Sequence record: LC819009.1
Length of the DNA stretch: 64,000 bases
Reading direction: 5' to 3' (one strand)
Part shown: one piece after another, positions 47,523 through 57,112 of the stretch
How the letters are laid out: each line of letters starts with the position of its first letter
Position numbering within the stretch: position 1 is the first letter of the stretch
Notes under the pieces: model-generated
Seen by the model: the letters and a program-made list of their open reading frames with translations, nothing else
Told to the model about the DNA's origin: nothing
Database searches by the model: none
Made by a program: the position numbers and the translations under genes

Positions 47523-49154
47523 TTAACGACGGTAGTAGCGGTCACGCCGATCGTAACGATCATCCCGATCATCGTAATCGCGATCGCGACGAGCGCGGTC
47601 ACGGATGTCGCGGATACCACGACGACGATCATTGCGATCGTAATCACGGTCATCATAGTCACGATCACGGCGGCGACCATAACGCTCGCTGCTACGTTCT
47701 TCATCACGCAGTGCATCACGCAGTGCCGGATTATCTTCGAAGATATCTCCGGTACGTTCGCGGCGACGATCGTCATAGTCACGATCATCACGGCGATCGC
47801 GATCACGTCGGCGGTCATCACGATCGTAATCACGATCGCGCGAACGACGGTCATCGTAATCACGCTCACGGCGACGTTCACGCAGTTCGCGTTCTTCTTC
47901 TTCGCGACGCTCGCGTTCGAGTCGTTCTTCACGTTCACGCAACTCACGCTCACGCCGTTCGAGTTCACGACGTTCACGATCTGCTGCGCTACGGGCTTCA
48001 CGTTCGCTCGTAACTGCCCGATCAGTACCGGAAGCCTCGCGGGTTCTGTCGGGCAGTGCTTTTCCCAGCGTTTCACCGGTCGACACGGGAGCCGGAGCAC
48101 CCAGAACCATACGACCACGCGGAGCCGAGGAAGATACAGAAGTCGATGTCGCGCCGAGAACAGGACGTTCACGACGGGCTTCATCGGCACGACCCATATC
48201 GCGTTCTTCACGACGAGGTTCGCGGCGAACTTCCTCTTCCTTCTCACGATCCATCTCTTCCCCAGCTTCGTTGGAGTTGAGAGCAGGAATCGTGCGAGCG
48301 AGCTTTTCGACCATGTCCTTGCTGTCGAAGATTTCCTTCCAGGTCCCGAGGTCTTCCGGGAACGTCAGGATTTCCGGCAGATCGACGATGCCCATGTAGG
48401 GCTGCGCCGTTTCCACCAGAGCGTCGACGACATTCAGAACCGAACGCACGAGCGACTCGATGAACGGAGCCGAACGCGAGTTGATGCCGACATTGAAGAA
48501 TTCCGGATCTGCGAGCAGAGTCGGGAACACGAACTCGTAGAGCTTGATCAGCATCTCGCGGTTCTTGTTCGTCAACTTCACACCGTTGATCGGTTCCTTC
48601 TCCGGCTTCTTCAGGCTTTCGTAGATCGGGAACGTGACGATACCTGCACGGCCATACGTCACGCCCTTCACCACACCGCCGCGCTTGATGAAGATGTTGA
48701 TGAACATGTCCGCATTGTTGCGGGACTTCGTCGACTTCTGGATCGATTCGAAATCCTTCACGAGCGATGCATCACACTTCGACAGCGCGTTCAGAACTTG
48801 CGACTGTTCGGTCGTCAGGTTCTTCTGGTTGTCCTGATCGTACGCGATCGCAATGAGCTCCTTCATCAGGTAAGCGATCGACGCATTCAGACGTTGAACG
48901 AACTGGTCACGCAACGTGGCCACCATGTCACTGATGCCCAGGTTGAATGCTTCACGCAGCGGATGGAAGCCTACGCGAGTTTTCCAGTTTTGATTCTTCA
49001 TCTGCTCCCGGGTAGGCAGAACAACCCGCTTGCCATCGATGGTGGCAGGCATCAGTTGATCGCCGAGCTTCACCGACACGTTCCCTTCTTCGTCGGCAAC
49101 CATCCACCCCAGGTCCAGCAGAATCTTGTAATAATCGATGATCTTATCACGCAT
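47523..49154 (-). CDS. phiKZ gp70-like protein with long Arg/Asp/Glu low-complexity tail
   Basis: 543 aa; position after the PicA-like gene; RE/RD/YDDR repeats in the last about 190 aa. Confidence 0.65.
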   Translation of the reverse strand: MRDKIIDYYKILLDLGWMVADEEGNVSVKLGDQLMPATIDGKRVVLPTREQMKNQNWKTRVGFHPLREAFNLGISDMVATLRDQFVQRLNASIAYLMKELIAIAYDQDNQKNLTTEQSQVLNALSKCDASLVKDFESIQKSTKSRNNADMFINIFIKRGGVVKGVTYGRAGIVTFPIYESLKKPEKEPINGVKLTNKNREMLIKLYEFVFPTLLADPEFFNVGINSRSAPFIESLVRSVLNVVDALVETAQPYMGIVDLPEILTFPEDLGTWKEIFDSKDMVEKLARTIPALNSNEAGEEMDREKEEEVRREPRREERDMGRADEARRERPVLGATSTSVSSSAPRGRMVLGAPAPVSTGETLGKALPDRTREASGTDRAVTSEREARSAADRERRELERRERELREREERLERERREEEERELRERRRERDYDDRRSRDRDYDRDDRRRDRDRRDDRDYDDRRRERTGDIFEDNPALRDALRDEERSSERYGRRRDRDYDDRDYDRNDRRRGIRDIRDRARRDRDYDDRDDRYDRRDRYYRR

Positions 49155-49167
49155 TTTTTAATTTACC

Positions 49168-50625
49168 TTAATAGCTGTAACCACGACCCGAACCACCAGC
49201 GCCCATTCCAGTTGTCGAAAGGATTTCATCGAACAGGCTATTGTAGTCACGAGCCACGTCGCGGACGTCTTGCCGACTGTTGGTCAGAATCGGAGACGTG
49301 AGAGAATTGCAGAAGCAAGGGAACACATAACGGCCATGGTTCTCGCCATCATAGAACAGCTTGAAGTCGATTTCCCCGAACACACGGCACTTCACTTGCA
49401 AACCGATCGATACGCGATCTTCAGCGGTAATCGGGAACATCAGCTCGTCGAGCAGGCGATCTTCGAATTGGTCCACGAACCAGCTGAGGTCCACGTCACG
49501 CACGAACGACTTCGCAGTCGTCGGAATGAATTCAAACGGAGCCTCGTGAGACGCCGTTTGATTGTGAACCTGGAAGTCCAGCCGATGCAGACCGGTTTCC
49601 ATCATCAGAGCCGGAACTGCAACCTGAATCAAGGCTGCAATCTTGTCCCATTCTTCGCCGCCGTTCAGATCGTTCGAATCGACGTGATACTCGGTCATTG
49701 CCTTCGATTCGTTGTCGAACAGCTTCGTTTCCGTACGACGCTCTGCTTCCGGATCGATATACAGCAGATCGCGGAACGTGAAGTTGTCGGTGGTGGTCGA
49801 CAGATTGCGAGCATTCGAAATTGCACGCAGGAACACGTCGTCCGTGGCATATGCTTCTTGCACATAGCCTTGAGCCGTCGCATTCACGTCGAGTACGGAT
49901 CCACCAAACTCCGTGTTGTCGATTGCCTTGCGGCGCGATTCGAGAACCTTCGACATGTAACGCGAACCGATGCGATTCGAGGTCGACGACTTCACCGAGT
50001 TCTTCGACAGAGTCACACGCAGATCGGTGAGGTCTTCCACGAGCTCGCCAGTTTGTTCCGCATCGAGCGACGAATAGATATCTTCCGGCCGCATCGTGTA
50101 CAGCTTGTCGCTACGACGACGCAGGCCAGCATTCTCACGATCGGACAGAACATCCGCTGCGCGAGCCGGCATGAACGTACGCTGATAGCCGCCGCGGCCA
50201 TCCGGGATCATACGTTCTTCGAGCATGAACGTATTGTTGACATAGAACTCCATGTCATGATCCACGTTACGTGTGGTGAAGCCGACCGAGTTGGTATAAC
50301 CCATCACGACCTGCTTCAGTTTGTCGCCGGTACCGATCTGGATTTCCAGCGTCAGGATAAAACGGCCACGCCGAGCATCCCAGCCATTCGGGACATCGAT
50401 GATGCCACGAGTGTGGAACGACGGAACCATGAACTGGTTTGCGATCTGTGCCAGCATCGACGGCGTGAAGCGCCTGGACTTTTGGTAACGCTCTTCGACA
50501 CTGTCGAGGAGTGTACCGCTGAAATGGGTTTCATACGGACGGAGGAACTGATCCTGGAACGTAGCCGACTCAGCGATGATCAGCTCTTCAACGAAAATCT
50601 TGATGTCTTGACGACCTTGGCGCAT
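49168..50625 (-). CDS. picA: Phage-nucleus protein import factor PicA/Imp1-like (gp69-like)
   Basis: 485 aa; directly after the gp68-like gene in the conserved block; assignment mainly by synteny and size. Confidence 0.7.
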   Translation of the reverse strand: MRQGRQDIKIFVEELIIAESATFQDQFLRPYETHFSGTLLDSVEERYQKSRRFTPSMLAQIANQFMVPSFHTRGIIDVPNGWDARRGRFILTLEIQIGTGDKLKQVVMGYTNSVGFTTRNVDHDMEFYVNNTFMLEERMIPDGRGGYQRTFMPARAADVLSDRENAGLRRRSDKLYTMRPEDIYSSLDAEQTGELVEDLTDLRVTLSKNSVKSSTSNRIGSRYMSKVLESRRKAIDNTEFGGSVLDVNATAQGYVQEAYATDDVFLRAISNARNLSTTTDNFTFRDLLYIDPEAERRTETKLFDNESKAMTEYHVDSNDLNGGEEWDKIAALIQVAVPALMMETGLHRLDFQVHNQTASHEAPFEFIPTTAKSFVRDVDLSWFVDQFEDRLLDELMFPITAEDRVSIGLQVKCRVFGEIDFKLFYDGENHGRYVFPCFCNSLTSPILTNSRQDVRDVARDYNSLFDEILSTTGMGAGGSGRGYSY

Positions 50626-50642
50626 TTCTTTAGCCCTCTATT

Positions 50643-52208
50643 TTAAAAAGTGTACAACGAAATGAACTGTTCATTCCGCCCTTGCACGTAAATGGCATAG
50701 TCTGCCAATCTGTTCCGAATGTCGTACCCCACTCGGAATGTTTTGTTTACCGCGCTGCCACGTTGGGCTGCGATTTGCTCCTCAGGCAGATTCAGGAACC
50801 ACGTATGGTCAGACAGAGCCTGAGCCAATTCCATGATTTCATTCACTGCATCGTTGTTGGGCTTCACCGCCTTTTTCGTCGGATGACGACGGTAGTACGG
50901 ATAAAGCTCATTGAGTTTGTCGATTTTGTCCTTCGTGATGTGGGCACGGGACTCCTGGCTATACGAACCATATCCTTCTGCATTCATGCTGCGTGCAGTC
51001 GGGATACCGGCCAGATCCTTGAAATCGGTATTCCACAGAACGAACTGCGCAACACCAGCAAGCCGCAAGATGCTCGACTTGTTGATATCCCACAGCGCCC
51101 GTGGACTGACGATCGGATTGACCACCCACTGAATCATGCGGATCTGGCATTCTTCGAGTACGTTGGTCGACATCGTTTCAGCCGAGTCCATTGCCTTTTC
51201 GAGTTCAGCGAGTTGCTCTTCGGACAATTCGTTTTGAAGCAGCAATCGCGCAGCGATCTCGGGATAATACTCGGTCCACTTCTCGATCGCCGTGAACTCA
51301 CCCGGAGGCACCAGGGGTTTGTTCTTGTACTTCTCCGCACGAGACGAGGAGTCTTCACTCGAATCATCTTCGTTCGGATTGATCTTTTCAAGGATCGCGT
51401 TCTGATGGCTGTCGTTTTGCGAGAGCCGATTGCGAAGCGTCTTGTGGATGATCTGCACCAGATGCGTATCCGACGGATGTCGCGTGAAGCTTGCGATCAC
51501 CAGGAAGCGCACGAGAATGTTCGCTACCAGGTTCGTCTGAAACACATCGGAACCAATGCCGTCGATCGACGAACGAATGTTAATGTCGTCCTGCTTGACG
51601 TTCTTCGCCACATAGTGGTTCAGACGCTGCATTGCAGGAGACTCTTCGATCGAAGTCTTCGAGATCGTGAAATACGTATTCAGATCCCTGAACGTCGGCC
51701 CAGATTCCTTCTTGGTGATTTCTGCGAACTCGCCCCAGATCGGTGCGATTGAGCGCAACTTGATCACCATGAACACGAGTTCCCAATAGTCGGCGACCAG
51801 ATAAGTCTGCTCGCGGCTGCCAGGTTTCTCGTGAGTGAACTTGTACTCCACATCCAGATCTTCAGGAATCCAGATGCCGCCGTGATACCGAGTCCAACGC
51901 TCGAAATCTTCCGTGTCATGGATATTGATAATCTCATTGACGATCGGACGAAGCTGAAGGATCAGCGGATTGACGTTGAACGTCTCGTTGAAGATGTTCT
52001 TTGCCTGGCGATACAGATCGAAGATTTTGTCCTGAAGTTCGATGTCGATCCGAGCCCAGTACTTATTGATTTGCTGAAACGGTTCGTACGTTCCTTTCTT
52101 AAAAGCTTGTCCATAAACCCCACCATTGAACTCCAGGGTTTCCCCGCGGTGTTCGATGAGAATCATCCCGCTACCAGCGACGCCTGCGTGTTGGAATTTC
52201 GCTTGCAT
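50643..52208 (-). CDS. Non-virion RNA polymerase promoter-specificity subunit (gp68-like)
   Basis: About 520 aa helical protein; AAGGAG RBS; own early promoter motif; synteny. Confidence 0.75.
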   Translation of the reverse strand: MQAKFQHAGVAGSGMILIEHRGETLEFNGGVYGQAFKKGTYEPFQQINKYWARIDIELQDKIFDLYRQAKNIFNETFNVNPLILQLRPIVNEIINIHDTEDFERWTRYHGGIWIPEDLDVEYKFTHEKPGSREQTYLVADYWELVFMVIKLRSIAPIWGEFAEITKKESGPTFRDLNTYFTISKTSIEESPAMQRLNHYVAKNVKQDDINIRSSIDGIGSDVFQTNLVANILVRFLVIASFTRHPSDTHLVQIIHKTLRNRLSQNDSHQNAILEKINPNEDDSSEDSSSRAEKYKNKPLVPPGEFTAIEKWTEYYPEIAARLLLQNELSEEQLAELEKAMDSAETMSTNVLEECQIRMIQWVVNPIVSPRALWDINKSSILRLAGVAQFVLWNTDFKDLAGIPTARSMNAEGYGSYSQESRAHITKDKIDKLNELYPYYRRHPTKKAVKPNNDAVNEIMELAQALSDHTWFLNLPEEQIAAQRGSAVNKTFRVGYDIRNRLADYAIYVQGRNEQFISLYTF

Positions 52209-52247
52209 CGACACTCCTTTTAAAAATTTCTTAGCTAATACAATCGA

Positions 52248-52257
52248 ATGATATATT
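52248..52257 (-). promoter_or_regulatory. Early promoter motif (AATATATCAT)
   Basis: Identical 10-mer to 47080-47089. Confidence 0.6.
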
Positions 52258-52284
52258 TGTTCGTTTTGTTTAAATGAGGGTTTT

Positions 52285-52312
52285 CACATGGGTGGCCGAA
52301 GCCACCCATGTG
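52285..52312 (-). terminator. Terminator after the ChmC-like gene
   Basis: CACATGGGTGGC-CGAA-GCCACCCATGTG. Confidence 0.7.
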
Positions 52313-52333
52313 TTATGTTTACGAGGTTACTGC

Positions 52334-53101
52334 TTAAAACGAGATGTCGTCGAAATCGGAACCGCCTCCGCCGAAGCCGCCACCCGATGATTCGCCATCG
52401 CTGTCGTTACTGCCACCACCCCAGCCACCACCACCACCGCCGTTACCACCACGGTTGTAATTGCCGCCACCACCGTTACCGCCACCGCGGTTGTAACCAC
52501 CGCCGCCGCCATTGCCGCCCGGCGTCTTCGGTTCCGGATGCTTGTACGTTGCCACCGACACATGTACGACGATACGCGACACGAGGTTGTAGAACGCACG
52601 TGCTGCGAACACCGAGACTTCTGCTTCCGACATCGGCTGATCGGCGCGAGCCAGATGGTGCCAGTACGTCGGTGCGAACGGGAAGTAGATCTGCGGGCGA
52701 CCTTGCTTCAGCAGGTCTTCGACCATGATGTACACGACGCCGCCCGGATTCTTGCCGACTTCCACGCGAGCGATGTTCGACTTCTTCTTGTCGGCGCCGA
52801 CCGGTGCCTGGCAGAACGTGCTGTACTTGACCGGTTCTTTCGATTCGGTCGCCGACTTCAGCTGTTCGAGCATGATCTGCAGATCGACGATGCCGAACTT
52901 TGCCTGGATTCGGCCGAAGTTGTTGTCCTTGTCGTTGGGGTCACGGGTGTAAACCGTGATGCCGGGGTTGTCGTTGTTGGCGTAGAAGTGCAGTTCCGAG
53001 AAACCCTTTACGCCCTTGACGGGACAAGGGGTCGAAAGCACGATGCGCTTCGAATCCAACAGATTCTTGTCGCGCGCCTTGGGTTTGAAGTCACCAGCCA
53101 T
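52334..53101 (-). CDS. chmC: ChmC-like nucleic-acid-binding protein with Gly/Asn-rich disordered tail
   Basis: 255 aa; globular domain plus GGNGGGGGYNRGG tail; located just before the gp68-like gene; strong codon bias. Confidence 0.65.
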   Translation of the reverse strand: MAGDFKPKARDKNLLDSKRIVLSTPCPVKGVKGFSELHFYANNDNPGITVYTRDPNDKDNNFGRIQAKFGIVDLQIMLEQLKSATESKEPVKYSTFCQAPVGADKKKSNIARVEVGKNPGGVVYIMVEDLLKQGRPQIYFPFAPTYWHHLARADQPMSEAEVSVFAARAFYNLVSRIVVHVSVATYKHPEPKTPGGNGGGGGYNRGGGNGGGGNYNRGGNGGGGGGWGGGSNDSDGESSGGGFGGGGSDFDDISF

Positions 53102-53163
53102 GGTTGCCTCTTCTGAGAAAGTTGTTAGTCGTACTCCAGATCATGAGTAGACCTGGTAAAAGA

Positions 53164-54009
53164 TTACATCATGTCCTTCACGGTGTCACGGAAGAACGGG
53201 TTTTTCAGCTGATCCAGATTCATCCGGATACGGGCGTCAGTCGTCAACGCACTCCAGCCATATTTCGTTGCAAGCTCGACGATGTCTTTACGAAGCTTCG
53301 AATCCATCGGCGAGAAGAATTCCTTTTCACCAAAGATACGTGCAAAGTACTGGGTGAAAGGAATCATCGAGAGTTCTTTACCGTTGTTGAGTTTGGTGTA
53401 CCACAACGAACGGTTCTTGATTGCTCCCGTATGCGATTCGATCAGGTCCAGTTCCTCGAAGGACTTATAGGACAACAGATCCCACGCAATGTGTGTTTGG
53501 ATCAGAAAGTTTCCATCCTTCTTATCCGGAGCAATGTCAGTATCGAATCCTTTTACGTAATCCTTACCGACATCGTCCAGGAATTGCTGAATGGATGTTT
53601 CCATGCGCTTGCGTTCTTCCACCTGCTTCGGCGTGATATCCGATTTGAAGATGGAATGGTGACGATAGCGAGTGTAGATGGCTTTATAATTGCAGAGGTA
53701 CAAGGTCGGATCGATCTTGGTATCTGCAAGGACGCGTTTCACTGCTTCCCATTCGTCATGCATGAGTTCTGCAATGACGCCCGGCTTGAGCAGAATATTG
53801 ATGTCAGCCGAGAAAGAGCCGACAATGTTTCGATAAAGCGTACGGGCGTTAAGCCAGTAGTGGTTGTACTTCAGGTGAGGCGACTCATCCCACTTACGCT
53901 CGGGATGGATGTTCATCAGGCTTTCGAGGGCCAGAGAAGTCGGTACATTCACCGGAAACTGACCACGCGCCATCTTCTCAGTGAATGTGAAGACGTTCAT
54001 TGTGTCCAA
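53164..54009 (-). CDS. Conserved jumbo-phage hypothetical protein
   Basis: 281 aa (start may be 53973); synteny between SbcD-like and ChmC-like genes. Confidence 0.6.
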   Translation of the reverse strand: MDTMNVFTFTEKMARGQFPVNVPTSLALESLMNIHPERKWDESPHLKYNHYWLNARTLYRNIVGSFSADINILLKPGVIAELMHDEWEAVKRVLADTKIDPTLYLCNYKAIYTRYRHHSIFKSDITPKQVEERKRMETSIQQFLDDVGKDYVKGFDTDIAPDKKDGNFLIQTHIAWDLLSYKSFEELDLIESHTGAIKNRSLWYTKLNNGKELSMIPFTQYFARIFGEKEFFSPMDSKLRKDIVELATKYGWSALTTDARIRMNLDQLKNPFFRDTVKDMM

Positions 54010-54166
54010 ATTCCCAAATGGATGGATGCCATCAACCCAGCTTCACGCTTTGTCGGATGGTTGTAAATGGTCGAATGATTCAATGCCAGCAGCGGCCAAT
54101 CGTTCTTCACGAAGGGGTAAGTCCTCTTCTTAAACCACATCAGAGGCTGACCATTCATCATTTCAA

Positions 54167-54667
54167 TCATGATGTCCTCACAATGCTCTTGACCCACGCT
54201 TCGATGAACTTGTATTCGCCAATCGTGATGTCGGTCGGGAAGGTCGGTATACGACGAATCGGCATTCCGTTAAGCAGCCGATAACCGCGATAATGAAACG
54301 ACGGATCTCCGAAAGGATGTTTGTCACTGATCCCACGAGGAATCGAGTTCTTCGGCCAGAAGCGAGGAGTGCCTTCCGGCGGACGCGGATACTTCTTGAT
54401 CAGATCGCCGAGAACTTGAACCTGAACGCGATCGACGATCTTTTTCTGCCATGTCCCGAAGAAGGACGACGGCAATGACTTCCCGACATTACTCGGCCTA
54501 GTGACGACAACGCCTTTCTCTGTCCAATCAGAGTCAATTGGCTTCTCGACCCATTGGCCGTTCGACAACCATTCGATCTGAGTAAGAGGCTGCGGTTTTG
54601 CTTGCGGCAACGGCGCATGACCATTGCGCTTGAACTGATTGATGTAACCGAAGTTAGCTTTGCTCAT
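54167..54667 (-). CDS. Hypothetical protein
   Basis: 166 aa; AGGA RBS. Confidence 0.6.
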   Translation of the reverse strand: MSKANFGYINQFKRNGHAPLPQAKPQPLTQIEWLSNGQWVEKPIDSDWTEKGVVVTRPSNVGKSLPSSFFGTWQKKIVDRVQVQVLGDLIKKYPRPPEGTPRFWPKNSIPRGISDKHPFGDPSFHYRGYRLLNGMPIRRIPTFPTDITIGEYKFIEAWVKSIVRTS

Positions 54668-54809
54668 TTTCTTTCCTGTAGAGATTCAGGACCGTCTCTT
54701 TGATGGTGTTGGTGATGGCCTCTCCGATACTCTTACGCTTTTCAGGCGTCATCTCGGCAAGATCTTGCACCGGATCGAATTCAACCATTTCGTAATCTTC
54801 AGAAGCCAT
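54654..54809 (-). CDS. Small hypothetical protein (51 aa, MASEDYEMVEF...ENEQS)
   Basis: GAGG RBS; fills the gap between SbcD-like and 166-aa genes; absent from the ORF track. Confidence 0.6.
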   Translation of the reverse strand: MASEDYEMVEFDPVQDLAEMTPEKRKSIGEAITNTIKETVLNLYRKENEQS

Positions 54810-54815
54810 ACATCC

Positions 54816-56012
54816 TCACATAACGGAAGCCATCAGTTCGTCAAAGTACTCACGCTCATCATCGTTGTTAAGCGTAATTCCCAGACGTTCCATGATGATT
54901 GTTTTAATGTTCGACGAGTCGATCGTGAAAGGCACGTAATCAGCCTCGTCAGTAGTTTCTAACACAGTCGTCGTATCGACTTCTTCCTCATCCAGGAATT
55001 TCTTCGAGAAATGCAGGAAGGGATACATCGACTGGTATGTGTCTATCGCAGCCAGAACTGGATGTCCACGACGAGCAGCAATCCTAACATGATTGTGAGG
55101 ACGAAGAGAATCGCAGGTGTGTAAGACCTGAAGGTGCGCCTTGTCGAGATCCTCGTCAACCTCAATTGTCTTGAAATCCATCGCATGTTCATTCACCTGA
55201 AACGTAGCAGTATACGAACCATCTCGGTTCACTGCTGCATGGACGAAGCCTTTAGGCGTTTCCATTCCATGCCGCTGACGGTCTGGAGAGCCCTGAACGA
55301 TGATACGACCCTCTCTACGGAACTCATGATCGTGTCCAATAAAGATCAGGTAGCGAACGATGTCTAGGTAAGCTTCCGAGCTATGGAACCGTGAGTGTCT
55401 GCCCACAGGAACCTGAAATTCGAAAAAGCCATGCATGATTCCGAAGTCCACTTTCTCAAGTGCTCGTGCTTCCATCATGTCCATGACTTGTCGGTACGTA
55501 ACTTCGTCCGACGTATTCTTTTCATCAGGAATACAGAGAAGATGGATATCATACTTCTCAATGTATTCGATCGATACTTCCTTCACATAACGCAGTTCGC
55601 ACTTGTCTTCAGGTTCAGCCGCATCATTGATGGCGACGAACAAGTGAGATTGCAGTCGGTCATGTGAGGGAGTGCCTTCCAGCACAACGACCGTGGTATC
55701 CGTCCTCGCACAACGAGCGAGTAAGCGACGGATCCACGATACGATAGATGGAACATCCCGATGGTTAACCGGGAGACCTCGATCGAAGACATCACCGACG
55801 ATAAAGAGAATGTTGATTCCCTTCAAGAAGTCATACGTCAACATTGAATCGAGGCCCTTGACCATGAACTCGGCCGGATTAGACGGGCACCCCAGATGAA
55901 TATCCGAGATGCTCGCAACCTTAATCTGTGTCCAGTTCGTAGTCGCCGACGTCTGCAGTGTTTGCACTGCTGCTTCCACCGAGGTCGACAGCTTTGTCTT
56001 TGTTGGGGTCAT
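54816..56012 (-). CDS. sbcD: SbcD/Mre11-like metallophosphoesterase nuclease subunit
   Basis: SDIHLG, GDVFD, EGTPSHD, HG and GHDH calcineurin-like motifs. Confidence 0.85.
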   Translation of the reverse strand: MTPTKTKLSTSVEAAVQTLQTSATTNWTQIKVASISDIHLGCPSNPAEFMVKGLDSMLTYDFLKGINILFIVGDVFDRGLPVNHRDVPSIVSWIRRLLARCARTDTTVVVLEGTPSHDRLQSHLFVAINDAAEPEDKCELRYVKEVSIEYIEKYDIHLLCIPDEKNTSDEVTYRQVMDMMEARALEKVDFGIMHGFFEFQVPVGRHSRFHSSEAYLDIVRYLIFIGHDHEFRREGRIIVQGSPDRQRHGMETPKGFVHAAVNRDGSYTATFQVNEHAMDFKTIEVDEDLDKAHLQVLHTCDSLRPHNHVRIAARRGHPVLAAIDTYQSMYPFLHFSKKFLDEEEVDTTTVLETTDEADYVPFTIDSSNIKTIIMERLGITLNNDDEREYFDELMASVM

Positions 56013-56637
56013 TTTCGAGGAGATTCCCGAGATTCAGGATCTTGTCGTGCTTGCCGTAGCGTTCGAAGATCGCATTCCAGATACGCATGTTCGCGTAGAC
56101 TTGTTCAGTCGGCTTGTCCTTGATGTGCAGACCCGAAAGTTTCTTATTCAGGAACTGCTGCGAAGCTGCCGCATCGAATTCCTTCAGACGCGAATAATGC
56201 CGCTCGATCAGCGTCATCGATTCGCCGCCCGGCTTCGACTGTTCGAGGATCGACGTATCGAAGAGTGGCGGAACCGTGAAGAGGATCTTGCCGTTTTCAT
56301 CGACGATGTCGACCGAAACCTTTTCACCACCAGCAACCTTTTCGAGCCAGGTGCGGTAGTTCACTTCCGCGGTCGGCTGGACTTCGCCAGCGAAGAGCGG
56401 CAGGAAGTGTTCGACGAAGAGCGTTTCCGGGAACTGCGAGTTCTGCTCGATTTGCGTGAGCGAGTTCGAAATGCCGCGGATGTCGATACCGATGCCCATC
56501 CGGCGTTGTTGCTGGAAGTTCGCAAAGACCTTCATCGCTTCTTGCTGGCGCGGATGAGGCTGAGCAACATCGGTTTGAGGTTCCGGCACACGGGAAGTCG
56601 TGCCATCCAGTTTGTTGTCGAGTTCGCGTTGGTTCAT
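55921..56637 (-). CDS. Conserved jumbo-phage hypothetical protein
   Basis: 238 aa; AGGA RBS; strong codon bias. Confidence 0.7.
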   Translation of the reverse strand: MNQRELDNKLDGTTSRVPEPQTDVAQPHPRQQEAMKVFANFQQQRRMGIGIDIRGISNSLTQIEQNSQFPETLFVEHFLPLFAGEVQPTAEVNYRTWLEKVAGGEKVSVDIVDENGKILFTVPPLFDTSILEQSKPGGESMTLIERHYSRLKEFDAAASQQFLNKKLSGLHIKDKPTEQVYANMRIWNAIFERYGKHDKILNLGNLLENDPNKDKAVDLGGSSSANTADVGDYELDTD

Positions 56638-57050
56638 GTCGGGCTTCCTGTTGCATCGACGTTATAGATGCGCTGGACTTGAGTGCCCAGCAGGTCAATA
56701 GCTCGTGACAGATCGTGGCGAATACCCTGATCGTCGACGAAGCTACATCCTATCGTAATCGTCAATGAAGTATTATCGTTCGGATCAGTTTGAGCAACAT
56801 TGCAATCCATCTGCACGTTGGTAAACTGGGTGGAGAAATATGTGTTCAGATACGCATTCAGGTTGGACGTGAGTTCGCCATCCGAAGTCGAATCTGCTAT
56901 CAGTGACTGATACGACGTCACATTCAGCTTGTCTTTATAGAACTGCGTCTGGCTCTTCTGTGTCGTAAAGAAGTGTGCCAGCATGTAGTCTGCTTTTTCG
57001 AGCGGGTTCGACACGAAACCACTCGGGGAATAAGTCGGAAGCAAAGCCAT
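56634..57050 (-). CDS. Conserved hypothetical protein, possibly T4 gp25-like
   Basis: 138 aa from MALLP; helix plus beta-hairpin pattern; fold guess only. Confidence 0.5.
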   Translation of the reverse strand: MALLPTYSPSGFVSNPLEKADYMLAHFFTTQKSQTQFYKDKLNVTSYQSLIADSTSDGELTSNLNAYLNTYFSTQFTNVQMDCNVAQTDPNDNTSLTITIGCSFVDDQGIRHDLSRAIDLLGTQVQRIYNVDATGSPT

Positions 57051-57112
57051 TTTCAGATCCCGAAAACAAAAAAAAATATGGTCAGGGATTTCCCCTGACC
57101 ATACTCCGAACA

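Noticed and set aside
47523-48010. Repetitive DNA (GATCGTAATC/CACGATC units here; GCAGC-rich units at 34431-35600) as CRISPR or satellite arrays
   Set aside because: These are in-frame low-complexity coding repeats with no constant repeat-spacer period.
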